From assembly GCA_041576975.1 (NCBI GenBank), contig JBFGJY010000002.1, forward strand, positions 32,187-96,186: DNA of 64,000 nucleotides, given 5' to 3'. Below are positions 1-8,712 of the stretch, piece after piece. Under the pieces are notes generated by a model. It worked only from the letters and a program-made list of their open reading frames with translations, was not told where the DNA came from and did not search any database. The position numbers and the translations under genes are program-made. The stretch comes from Gammaproteobacteria bacterium. Its GTDB lineage: Bacteria > Pseudomonadota > Gammaproteobacteria > UBA4575. Each line of letters begins with the position of its first letter. The first letter of the stretch is position 1.

Positions 1-108
1 AGTTTTATTAACTGTAAAAGGTCGAGATCACTTAGCACGAATTATGCGTGCTATACGCAAGACACCAAATATATACAAAGTTAAACGTATTTAATTAAGG
101 ATAAAGAA

Positions 109-492
109 ATGGCGCGGGAGATAATCGCAACTGAACATGCACCTCAAGCTATAGGTACATATTCACAAGCCGTGAAAGTGGGCACAACTGTATATTTATC
201 CGGCCAAATCCCGCTCGAGCCAAAATCTATGCAAGTGGTTGCTGAAGATATACGTGAACAAATTCATCAAGTATTTAAAAACTTGCAGGCCGTTGCTCAA
301 GCCGCAGGCGGGTCATTGGATAAATTTGCAAAACTAAATATCTTTCTAACCGATCTTGGTCATTTTCCGTTAGTTAATGAAGTAATGTCTGAATATTTTG
401 CTCAACCATATCCTGCGCGTGCTGCAATAGGAGTTGCTTCTTTACCAAAAGAAGTAGGTGTGGAGATGGATGCCATCATGGAACTTGAGTGA
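109..492 (+). CDS. ridA: RidA/YjgF-family reactive-intermediate deaminase (127 aa)
   Basis: Full-length 127-aa ORF with a YjgF/RidA fold signature. AAGGA ribosome-binding site about 8 nt upstream of the ATG. Lies next to recG as in Pseudomonas. Confidence 0.85.
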   Translation: MAREIIATEHAPQAIGTYSQAVKVGTTVYLSGQIPLEPKSMQVVAEDIREQIHQVFKNLQAVAQAAGGSLDKFAKLNIFLTDLGHFPLVNEVMSEYFAQPYPARAAIGVASLPKEVGVEMDAIMELE

Positions 493-552
493 AAACGATC
501 TTAAAATTCATTTAATACGCAGATATTGCGTGACAGATCTATTACGATTGTG

Positions 553-774
553 GAAATCTTTTCTTTGGAAGCTCTTCGCCTTGTCTTATGTACAGGATGT
601 ACTATATGCCGGTTTTGCAGGAACAAAATCTGACTTACTATGCAAGAAGTATTAAATATAAGTCTTGTAGGAACAATATCGCTTTTGCTACGCAAGAAGT
701 ATTGAGTGTAAGTTTTGTAGGAATCAAAAAAACCGGTGAGCGCACTATCTACTATCTTGAGATATGTTTTAGTT
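553..774 (+). repeat. Dispersed intergenic repeat family 1, copy A, with an internal ~50-bp tandem triplication
   Basis: Shares the blocks ...cgccttgtcttatgtacagga...ggttttgcaggaacaaaa...aaaaaaccggtgagcgcactatctactatcttgagatatgtttt with copy B at 41499-41612. The three internal units (609-639, 639-688, 689-738) repeat tgcaagaagtatt..gt..ttgtaggaa. Sits immediately downstream of the ridA stop. Confidence 0.6.
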
Positions 775-804
775 TAGACTTGAGAAAACTTAACAAATTT
801 ACTA

Positions 805-2889
805 TTGAAAAATAAAACGTTTCCATCAGTAAATACTCTCAAAGGTGTTGGCCCGCGTATTGCCGAACGTTTAAAACGTTTACAGATCTACACAATACAA
901 GATCTTCTTTTTCATCTACCTATTCGCTATCAAGATCGAACACGCATTCGCTCGATTGCTGCCTTACGTCCTGGTGATGAATGTGTAGTCATTGGTACTG
1001 TAGAGCATAGTGAAGTAGCTTATCGAAAACGGCGTATGTTTTTGGTAAGTGTAGACGATGGAACAGGCAGGATGCTATTACGGTTTTTTTATTTTAATAA
1101 TGCCCAGCGTAACAATCTTTCACGTGGAGTCAGTGTTCGTTGCTTTGGAGAAATTAGGCAAGGTATAAAAGGACCTGAGATGGTCCATCCAGAGTATGAG
1201 GTTCAGCATCCGGATGAGCCAGCAAAAGTAGAAGATCATTTAACTCCGATATACTCAACAACTGAGGGACTACATCAACTAAGTTTGCGCCGCTTAACTT
1301 CACAGGCTTTACAGTACATAGGCAGTGAAGACATACCTGATCTTGATCTTCTACCATATCCACCAGTAATCGATGGACAGCAGGTATCCATCAAAGACGC
1401 TTTAAAATTTGTCCATCGCCCACCTCCTGATGCCGATACTGAGGCATTATCTTTAGGCAATCATGCAATGCAACGCCGACTAGCTTTTGAAGAATTGCTG
1501 GCGCAACAGTTAAGTCTCTCAAAATTAAGATTACAGATGCAAAAACAGTTTGCAATCGCCATTAAATCCGATGGGATACTCTATAAAAAACTCGTCAACA
1601 ATTTAGAGTTTGATCTTACAAGTGCCCAAAAGCGTGTTATCAAAACTGTATTTGCGGACTTAAAAAATGATTACCCCATGCTACGATTAGTTCAAGGCGA
1701 TGTAGGCAGTGGTAAGACAATAATTGCAATTGCTGCATGTTTACAAGTGATAGAGGCCGGTTATCAAGCGGTTATGATGGCGCCTACTGAGATATTAGCT
1801 GAACAGCATTTACGAAATTTTTCCAACTGGCTAGAGCCCATAGGGATTCGTCTTGCTTGGCTATCAGGGAAGCTGACTGTAAGCAAGAGTAATGAAATGA
1901 AGGAACTTATCGCAACAGGAACTGCAAATGCCATAATTGGTACACATGCATTATTTCAACAAGGTGTAAATTTTAAAAATTTAGCTCTGGTAATAGTTGA
2001 TGAACAACATCGTTTTGGTGTGCATCAACGTCTGGCTTTGCGGGGAAAAGGCATTCAAGCTGATGCGCACCCGCATCAGCTGATTATGACTGCTACGCCC
2101 ATACCTCGCACCTTAGCGATGACGGCCTACGCTGATCTTGATTATTCAGTAATTGATGAGTTACCTCCTGGCCGCAAACCAATTAGTACCATCGCGATAC
2201 CACAGGAAAGGCGTCAAGAAGTTGTTGAGCGTGTGGCCAATGCATGTCGCAATGGCCAACAAGCCTATTGGGTATGCACGTTGGTTGAAGAATCGGATGT
2301 GATGCAATGTCAGGCCGCTGAAGAAGTATATCGAGAGCTCAGCCAATTATTGCGTGGCGTAAATGTCGGACTTGTACATGGTCGTATGAAAGGCAAAAAA
2401 AAGGATGCAGTGATGCAAGCTTTTGCAAAACGCACAATTGATTTATTGGTCGCTACAACGGTAATAGAAGTTGGTGTTGATGTACAAAATGCAAGTTTAA
2501 TGATCATTGAAAATGCAGAACGCTTGGGACTTGCACAATTGCATCAATTACGTGGCCGTGTGGGCCGTGGATGTGAAGAAAGTAGTTGTGTACTCTTATT
2601 TAATGCACCTCTGACGAATAATGCCAAACTGCGTATTGATACTATGCGAAATACCAACGATGGATTTAAAATCGCTCAGGTTGATCTTGAAATTCGTGGT
2701 CCAGGAGAAGTTTTAGGTACGCGTCAAACCGGTATGCTAGAGCTAAGAATTGCAAATATTATGCGCGATCAAGACCTAATCCCTAAAGTTCAAGAAACTG
2801 CAAAATCATTATTATCAGAACACCCACAAAAAGTGGATGCATTGATTCACAGGTGGTTAGGAAAGTCGATTGAATTCGGACAAGTGTAA
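805..2889 (+). CDS. recG: ATP-dependent DNA helicase RecG
   Basis: 694 aa. Walker A GDVGSGKT, DEQH box VDEQHRFG, and a wedge-domain N-terminus aligned to E. coli RecG. The probable start is TTG at 805; no ATG is present upstream of the conserved N-terminus. Confidence 0.9.
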   Translation: MKNKTFPSVNTLKGVGPRIAERLKRLQIYTIQDLLFHLPIRYQDRTRIRSIAALRPGDECVVIGTVEHSEVAYRKRRMFLVSVDDGTGRMLLRFFYFNNAQRNNLSRGVSVRCFGEIRQGIKGPEMVHPEYEVQHPDEPAKVEDHLTPIYSTTEGLHQLSLRRLTSQALQYIGSEDIPDLDLLPYPPVIDGQQVSIKDALKFVHRPPPDADTEALSLGNHAMQRRLAFEELLAQQLSLSKLRLQMQKQFAIAIKSDGILYKKLVNNLEFDLTSAQKRVIKTVFADLKNDYPMLRLVQGDVGSGKTIIAIAACLQVIEAGYQAVMMAPTEILAEQHLRNFSNWLEPIGIRLAWLSGKLTVSKSNEMKELIATGTANAIIGTHALFQQGVNFKNLALVIVDEQHRFGVHQRLALRGKGIQADAHPHQLIMTATPIPRTLAMTAYADLDYSVIDELPPGRKPISTIAIPQERRQEVVERVANACRNGQQAYWVCTLVEESDVMQCQAAEEVYRELSQLLRGVNVGLVHGRMKGKKKDAVMQAFAKRTIDLLVATTVIEVGVDVQNASLMIIENAERLGLAQLHQLRGRVGRGCEESSCVLLFNAPLTNNAKLRIDTMRNTNDGFKIAQVDLEIRGPGEVLGTRQTGMLELRIANIMRDQDLIPKVQETAKSLLSEHPQKVDALIHRWLGKSIEFGQV

Positions 2890-2986
2890 ACCCGCATACT
2901 GCACCAGACTGCCTCTATATGTTAGCGAATGGTTAATTTAATTAAAGCTAGGTAATAATCAAAAAAAACTATTTGTATCAATATAC

Positions 2987-3186
2987 GGCTGCCCGGATTT
3001 TGACTGGATCTAACTTTGCCTAGCTTGCAGTTCCTGCAAGTATTGCACTTCTGCCTTCATTAATTCTGTACGGGTTGGTTCTTTGAAGCCATAGCTACAG
3101 CTATCTATGCCATTTGTCCAGAGCGGCGCCAAATATAGCGATCTCTCACCCAAAATCTCGGACTCAGGTACAACATGCAGGTTAAA
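2987..3186 (-). repeat. Diverged paralogous element family 2, copy 1 (candidate small-peptide gene or sRNA)
   Basis: About 70% nucleotide identity to 61191-61337 (+). Shared blocks are tttaacc..gagtccga..ttgggtgagagatcgct..gcgcc..ctatggctt.aa.gaa..cagtcaaaa(t)ccgggcagcc. The reading frame is conserved across indels (ESEILGERSLYLAP..YGFKE versus ESECLGERSLCIAP..YGLKE). Confidence 0.5.
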
Positions 3187-3203
3187 AATCTTAAAAGTAA
3201 TCC

Positions 3204-3497
3204 TTAGATACCGAAGGTGCCTATCAACATCGTAGTAATATAAATTCCACACAAGCCCACTAGTGCAAGCAAAGATAATGTTTTGACCCAACTCGAATTA
3301 CCAACTGAGATGCCACCAACACTAAAAAGTAAACCAATTATCGCAATTGCAAATGACATCCAAAACAATATGTTCACGCAGGTAGTTTGGCATATGCGCC
3401 CATCAAATGTCCCAGATAATAATTGTGTACCTAAAAAAATAGCTAAAGCCCAGCTTATTACGGCGCTAAAAAATGAAATGGATGTATTTAATGCCAT
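3204..3497 (-). CDS. Small hydrophobic membrane protein (97 aa, about 3 TM)
   Basis: Uniformly hydrophobic ORF 18 bp downstream of the BASS transporter gene on the same strand. No family recognised. Confidence 0.4.
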   Translation of the reverse strand: MALNTSISFFSAVISWALAIFLGTQLLSGTFDGRICQTTCVNILFWMSFAIAIIGLLFSVGGISVGNSSWVKTLSLLALVGLCGIYITTMLIGTFGI

Positions 3498-3515
3498 AAA
3501 AATCCCGTTGTAAGT

Positions 3516-4430
3516 TTAGCTTCTTTTTTCCTGTTTCGACCAAATCGCCGCTAATAAAGATCCTGATAGATTATGCCATATTGAAAAAACTGCACCAGGT
3601 AAAGCAGCAATAGGTTTGAAATATTCTGTGGCCAGTGCGACGGCTAAGCCAGAGTTTTGCATACCCACTTCAATTGCGATGGTTTTTCGTATTTTTTCAT
3701 TGTAGCCAAGCCAATAACTAAAAATATAGCCTATTACTAACCCCATTAAATTATGCAGAATAACTGCAATCATGACTATACTGACAATAGCATGAAGTTT
3801 TGGCTGATTGTTGGCAATAATTATAGCAATTATTATACATATGGCTAATACCGAGATACTAGGAAAAATGCGAATAATTAGTGCAAGTCGCTGACCAAAT
3901 GAATAATTAATTAATACTCCTAAACTCACAGGAAGCACAATAACTTTGAGCACTGTAGACATCATATTAAAGACAGGGACATCAATACTGTGGCCAAGGT
4001 AAATCCAAGTCAGTATAGGCGTGGCAACTACTGCTAATAATGTAGAGATACTTGTAAGCGCAATGGAAAGTGCGACATTACCGCGCGCTAAATAACAAAT
4101 TACATTAGATGCTGTACCTCCAGGACATGCACCTACAAGAACCATTCCTGTTAGCAACGGGATTGAAAGACTAAAAGACTTACTTATCAGCCATGCGACA
4201 AGAGGCATGATCGAATATTGTAAGATTAAACCAACAACAATGATTGATTTTAAATAAATAAGTTGGCTAAAGTCGGCAGGTTTGAGCGTTATTCCCATAC
4301 CCAGCATAACAATAGCTAATAGGTAAATGATGCTAGATTTCAATGAAATAAAAATTTGCGGAGCTAAATAAGCAATAATCGAAAGCAATACTGCCCATAA
4401 TGGGAATAAGAAATTAAAGCGTTCAAGCAT
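3516..4430 (-). CDS. Bile acid:sodium symporter (BASS/SBF) family transporter
   Basis: 304 aa with about 9-10 TM segments and SBF-like core repeats (GxxxGxxxP-rich helices). Confidence 0.7.
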   Translation of the reverse strand: MLERFNFLFPLWAVLLSIIAYLAPQIFISLKSSIIYLLAIVMLGMGITLKPADFSQLIYLKSIIVVGLILQYSIMPLVAWLISKSFSLSIPLLTGMVLVGACPGGTASNVICYLARGNVALSIALTSISTLLAVVATPILTWIYLGHSIDVPVFNMMSTVLKVIVLPVSLGVLINYSFGQRLALIIRIFPSISVLAICIIIAIIIANNQPKLHAIVSIVMIAVILHNLMGLVIGYIFSYWLGYNEKIRKTIAIEVGMQNSGLAVALATEYFKPIAALPGAVFSIWHNLSGSLLAAIWSKQEKRS

Positions 4431-4442
4431 GAAAAAAAGTAA

Positions 4443-4784
4443 TTAAATTAAAAGATAGATTTCATCATTTTTTATGACACATGGCAGTGCACGAAGGCTT
4501 TGTTTTTTACATGGACCGTAAACACATAGCCCATCTTCAATTTGAAATAGTGCGCCATGATTAGCACACATAATGTATTTATTGTCTTCGTCTAAAAAAC
4601 AATCGGGAGTCCAGTCTAAAGGCCCTAATGTATGTGGGCATGAATTTTCATAGATAAAAATTTGTTTATCTTTTTTGATAACAAAAAGGTTTAATTGTGT
4701 GTCGTTAATAGTGATAATCAGTCCTCTACTTCCAGGATCTTGTAATTCATCATAATTAAATAATTTTTTATGTATCGTGCTCAT
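4443..4784 (-). CDS. Rieske [2Fe-2S] domain protein
   Basis: 113 aa carrying the CPH...(16)...CANHGALF Rieske cluster-binding boxes. Confidence 0.75.
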   Translation of the reverse strand: MSTIHKKLFNYDELQDPGSRGLIITINDTQLNLFVIKKDKQIFIYENSCPHTLGPLDWTPDCFLDEDNKYIMCANHGALFQIEDGLCVYGPCKKQSLRALPCVIKNDEIYLLI

Positions 4785-4845
4785 AGTGTCTATATTACTT
4801 AAATGTACTTTATGTAATTAACTCCATAAAACGTACCATCCTACT

Positions 4846-5286
4846 ATGCAAAATTCTAATTGCTACTCCACATCTGAACAGGCTGAAGAGGCATTTTACT
4901 TAGCATTTCAACAAGGGGACATTGAAATGATGATGTCTGTTTGGTCAATTGATAAAGATACAACCTGTGTCCACCCAGGAGGACCTCGACTAGAAGGCAG
5001 GAAAGATATTCGTGAAAGTTGGGAGCAAATTTTTGCTCATGAGCGCGGTATTAAGTTTGAAATTAACCACAAAAGAGTTCTGGTAGAAAATGACATCGCA
5101 ATTCATCATGTAATTGAGGCTATTTCTGTGAATAACGAATTACAGTCCGAGATAGTTGCTACTAACGTCTATTGCAAGACTAAAAATGGTTGGCATATGA
5201 TTCTACATCATGCATCACCGGAACTACTTTCTAGTATCAATCAACCATATTTTGAAGATACAGATAACATACAGACTATACACTAG
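4846..5286 (+). CDS. SnoaL/NTF2-like (DUF4440-type) protein
   Basis: 146 aa with an NTF2-like fold pattern. Divergent from the Rieske/BASS genes. Confidence 0.55.
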   Translation: MQNSNCYSTSEQAEEAFYLAFQQGDIEMMMSVWSIDKDTTCVHPGGPRLEGRKDIRESWEQIFAHERGIKFEINHKRVLVENDIAIHHVIEAISVNNELQSEIVATNVYCKTKNGWHMILHHASPELLSSINQPYFEDTDNIQTIH

Positions 5287-5301
5287 CTCTTAAAATAAAC
5301 A

Positions 5302-6999
5302 TTAATCTAAATAATAAAAAATCAAATATGCACCAAGCAGGAAAGCGATCCACATCACCATGCTACCCGTTGGCCAAGTCTTTGATAGTATACCTTGTGG
5401 ACCATGATGTTGATGTAGACGTGATCCTGTAATAAACAAAACTTTTTTCAGAGCACTAAGTATATTTATTTCACCTGTTGCAATTAACATGGCGAACTGT
5501 TTTGCAAGATAAGCACCTGGTTTACGATAAAACCAATCAAAATCTAAATTCAGCGCAGGAATTTCCGCTGGATAGAGTTTGGCTCGATACAAAATTACAA
5601 ATGCTAATGCAGAAAACAACAGCAATTGTAATTGGGTTATTACATGTGTGTTTGTATAAGGAACAAACTCTACGGTGTAAGGTAATAGAGCATATAAAAA
5701 GTTAGGGTAAATACCAATAGCAATACACAGTGCGGCAGTAATGCCCATTGCTAACAACATGTTAAGCGGGGCTTCTCTACAACGTTTACCACTATCATGG
5801 GCAAAAAATGTGAAGAAAGGAATCTTAATACCCGAATGATCCAGCACACCAGCGGAAGCAAATAATAATATTAGCCAGATAAGCCAATGACCTTCAGCCG
5901 CAGTAGCGGTAAGTATCATCGACTTAGATACAAAACCACTAAATAATGGAAACGCGGAAATCGATAAGGAGCCTACAATACAAAATCCTGCCGTCCATGG
6001 CATGGATTTATATAAGCCACCAAGCTCTGATGCCTTAATTGTACCAACGCGATGTAAAACCGCCCCCATGCTCATGAATAGCAAAGCCTTATACAGAATA
6101 TGCGCGAAGGAATGTGCTGCAGTACCATTCAGTGCCAATTGAGTGCCCACACCTATCCCTACTACCATGAAACCAAGCTGATTATTTAAGCTATAGGACA
6201 ACACTCGACGCATGTCATTTTCGATAACTGCAAAAAAGATCGGGAAAGCTGTCATAATTGCGCCAATCCAGATCAGTATCTCGGTTCCCGCGTAACCACG
6301 GGCCAAGGCGTAGACAGCTAATTTCGTGGTATAGACCGATAAAGCTACTGTGCCAATCACACTGGCTTCAGGATATGCATCTTGTAGCCAGTTATGTAAT
6401 AGAGGGAAAGCACATTTAATTCCAAAGGCAATGAATATTAACCATCCGGCAAGCGTGTCTATCCCTAAATGATTAAAAACTAATGAACCTGTTTGCTGAA
6501 ATTGAATAATACTTCCGGCCAACAAAAATAAGCCCGAACTTACATGAATAATAAAATAACGCTGCCCGGCACGAATTGCGCGTTCTGTTTTGTTTGCCCA
6601 TATCAGCAAAGCGGATGAAATCGCAGTGATTTCCCAAAAGACAAATAACGTGATTAGATCGCCTGCCAGTACTGCACCACAGGCCGCTCCAGCATATATA
6701 AAGATACTAGAAAGTTGTAGTCGATCTTTTTCATGCCAGGCGTATAGTGCAACGATGAACAATGCGCATTGGAAAATTAGGGTAAATATAAAACTTAAAT
6801 CATCGAGCCTTAGCAAAGTAAGTTGATATGAAAAAACTTGCCAATGTCCATATTGGCCAGGCTCGATAGTCAGTAAGGCGCACACGCCCAGTAATGGTAT
6901 GATCAGGAGAAAGGCCTTGCGCAACGATGTTGGCAGGCAAGGCAATACCAGACCACCTAAAATCAATACGACAGCAGGATGCAATAGCATACTAATCAT
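5302..6999 (-). CDS. NuoL/MrpA N-terminal-like proton-translocating antiporter subunit (565 aa), lacking the MrpB-like C-terminal domain
   Basis: Multi-TM protein with Proton_antipo_M-type core (WEITAISSALL, GxxxF helices). Last gene of the Mrp-like operon. Confidence 0.8.
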   Translation of the reverse strand: MISMLLHPAVVLILGGLVLPCLPTSLRKAFLLIIPLLGVCALLTIEPGQYGHWQVFSYQLTLLRLDDLSFIFTLIFQCALFIVALYAWHEKDRLQLSSIFIYAGAACGAVLAGDLITLFVFWEITAISSALLIWANKTERAIRAGQRYFIIHVSSGLFLLAGSIIQFQQTGSLVFNHLGIDTLAGWLIFIAFGIKCAFPLLHNWLQDAYPEASVIGTVALSVYTTKLAVYALARGYAGTEILIWIGAIMTAFPIFFAVIENDMRRVLSYSLNNQLGFMVVGIGVGTQLALNGTAAHSFAHILYKALLFMSMGAVLHRVGTIKASELGGLYKSMPWTAGFCIVGSLSISAFPLFSGFVSKSMILTATAAEGHWLIWLILLFASAGVLDHSGIKIPFFTFFAHDSGKRCREAPLNMLLAMGITAALCIAIGIYPNFLYALLPYTVEFVPYTNTHVITQLQLLLFSALAFVILYRAKLYPAEIPALNLDFDWFYRKPGAYLAKQFAMLIATGEINILSALKKVLFITGSRLHQHHGPQGILSKTWPTGSMVMWIAFLLGAYLIFYYLD

Positions 7000-7243
7000 A
7001 GTAATTTTCTTGTCGTTTTATGATTTTGCGCAGTAGCTTTGCACTCATCACAATACTCATATAAGCAAGGAAGCCAAACCAAGCATAAAAACCAAACCAA
7101 TGCTCGAACTGGAAATAAGCATGTCTGTGATAAATAAAATCGAGCAGTAGTAAACCTACACAAGTCGCATATAAAACGTAGACAATTTTGTTAATGTTGC
7201 ATGGCTTATCTAGCCAATATTTTTTGTCTTTTTGTGGTGTCAT
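6992..7243 (-). CDS. Small 2-TM membrane protein within the Mrp-like operon (83 aa)
   Basis: Short hydrophobic ORF whose ends overlap both flanking antiporter-subunit genes by 4 nt, implying translational coupling. Confidence 0.5.
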   Translation of the reverse strand: MTPQKDKKYWLDKPCNINKIVYVLYATCVGLLLLDFIYHRHAYFQFEHWFGFYAWFGFLAYMSIVMSAKLLRKIIKRQENYYD

Positions 7244-8709
7244 GGATTAAATACCGGATACAGAAAATCATAAATAGGTTGCATATAAAAAAATAGCAGG
7301 AATGTGGCCAAAGCCGTAATACATAAAGGCATAACACATGCAATTGGGGCCTCTTGTATTCCTTTTGTTAAATTATCTGAGCGTGAGTCAAGTGGTTTAA
7401 AGAAAGCCCGCAAAGCAACCGGCAACAAATAAGCGCAATTAAGTAACGTACTTAGGGCGAAACCAAGTAGCACAATATAATTTTGTTTATTAAGACTTCC
7501 TTCAATTAAAAACCATTTGCTCCAGCTTCCAACTAAAGGCGGTAGTCCAATGACACTTAAGGTTGCAATTAAATAGGCTGTAAACGTAAACGGCATGCAG
7601 CGTCCTAATCCATTCAATTGACTAATTTGGGTAAACTTGGTTGCGGTATAGACCGCACCTGCACAAAAGAATAAGGTGATTTTTCCAACTGCGTGCGTGA
7701 AGATATGTATCGCACCGCCCAAAGCTGCAACTGGACTTGCCAATGCCGCACCAATAACAATGTAGGAAAGTTGACTGATCGTAGAATAGGCTAAACGGGC
7801 TTTGAAATTATCTTTTGTGAGGGCAATAACAGAGGCAGTGAGCATGGTTGCTACTGCGACCCATAAGATCCAATCTGCAGCATGTTGAGTCGCCATAAAA
7901 TCAATGCCAAAAATATAGACTGAAATCTTCAATACCGAAAATACACCTGCTTTGACCACAGCCACTGCATGTAGTAATGCACTAACTGGCGTAGGCGCGA
8001 CCATAGCAGCTGGCAACCAGCGGTGAAATGGCATCAGGGCAGCCTTGCCTAATCCGAACATATATAAGGTAAAAAGCAAAATGGCGCCAAAACGGTCCAA
8101 GTTGCCAATGAGAATTCCACCAGGTATGAAATTTAATGTACCTGCTTGAAACCAAGTAACCACTATAGCAGTTAGGAAAAATAATATGGATGTGCTGAGT
8201 AAGATGCCAAGATAGGTACGGCCTGCACTTTGGGCATCTGCAGTTTGCTTATGTGTAACCAGTGGAAATGTGCACAAAGTTAGCGACTCATAAAAGATAA
8301 ATAAGGTAATCAAGTTTGCTGCAAATGCGATGCCCATAGTGGATGCGATAGAAAAGGCGAAAAAAAGGTAAAATCGTGTTTGATTTTTTTCATTATTACC
8401 TCGCATATAGCCAATCGAATAAACCGTGGTAATAATCCAAAGGCTGGATGCGAGTAATGCAAACATAAGCCCCAGTGGTTCAATGTGAAAGGCTATGGAG
8501 AGACCTGGAGTGATGTTTAATAAAGTATGTGTTACAGATTCTTCATGGACAAATGTTAATAGTTGAGTGACATACAAAAACAAAATAACACCAAAAATTA
8601 TCGAACTCGCTTCTCGTAGCTGTGCATGATTATGAAATAGTAGAATTGGTAGCCCACCGAATAGAGGAATTAATACCGCAAGTTCATAATGCTGTAAGAA
8701 CTGAATCAT
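7240..8709 (-). CDS. MrpD/NuoN-like antiporter subunit, second paralogue (489 aa)
   Basis: Proton_antipo_M family. Overlaps the upstream gene by 4 nt. Confidence 0.8.
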   Translation of the reverse strand: MIQFLQHYELAVLIPLFGGLPILLFHNHAQLREASSIIFGVILFLYVTQLLTFVHEESVTHTLLNITPGLSIAFHIEPLGLMFALLASSLWIITTVYSIGYMRGNNEKNQTRFYLFFAFSIASTMGIAFAANLITLFIFYESLTLCTFPLVTHKQTADAQSAGRTYLGILLSTSILFFLTAIVVTWFQAGTLNFIPGGILIGNLDRFGAILLFTLYMFGLGKAALMPFHRWLPAAMVAPTPVSALLHAVAVVKAGVFSVLKISVYIFGIDFMATQHAADWILWVAVATMLTASVIALTKDNFKARLAYSTISQLSYIVIGAALASPVAALGGAIHIFTHAVGKITLFFCAGAVYTATKFTQISQLNGLGRCMPFTFTAYLIATLSVIGLPPLVGSWSKWFLIEGSLNKQNYIVLLGFALSTLLNCAYLLPVALRAFFKPLDSRSDNLTKGIQEAPIACVMPLCITALATFLLFFYMQPIYDFLYPVFNP

Positions 8710-8712
8710 TAT

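Noticed and set aside
458-815. Three overlapping short ORFs in the ridA-recG spacer
   Set aside because: They lie within the tandem-repeat element and are mutually overlapping in different frames. The copy downstream of polA does not preserve any of these frames.
5302-6999. Possibility that the NuoL-like 565-aa protein is a DabB CO2-uptake subunit
   Set aside because: No DabA (DUF2309) partner is adjacent, and the gene is embedded in, and translationally coupled to, the Mrp-like operon.
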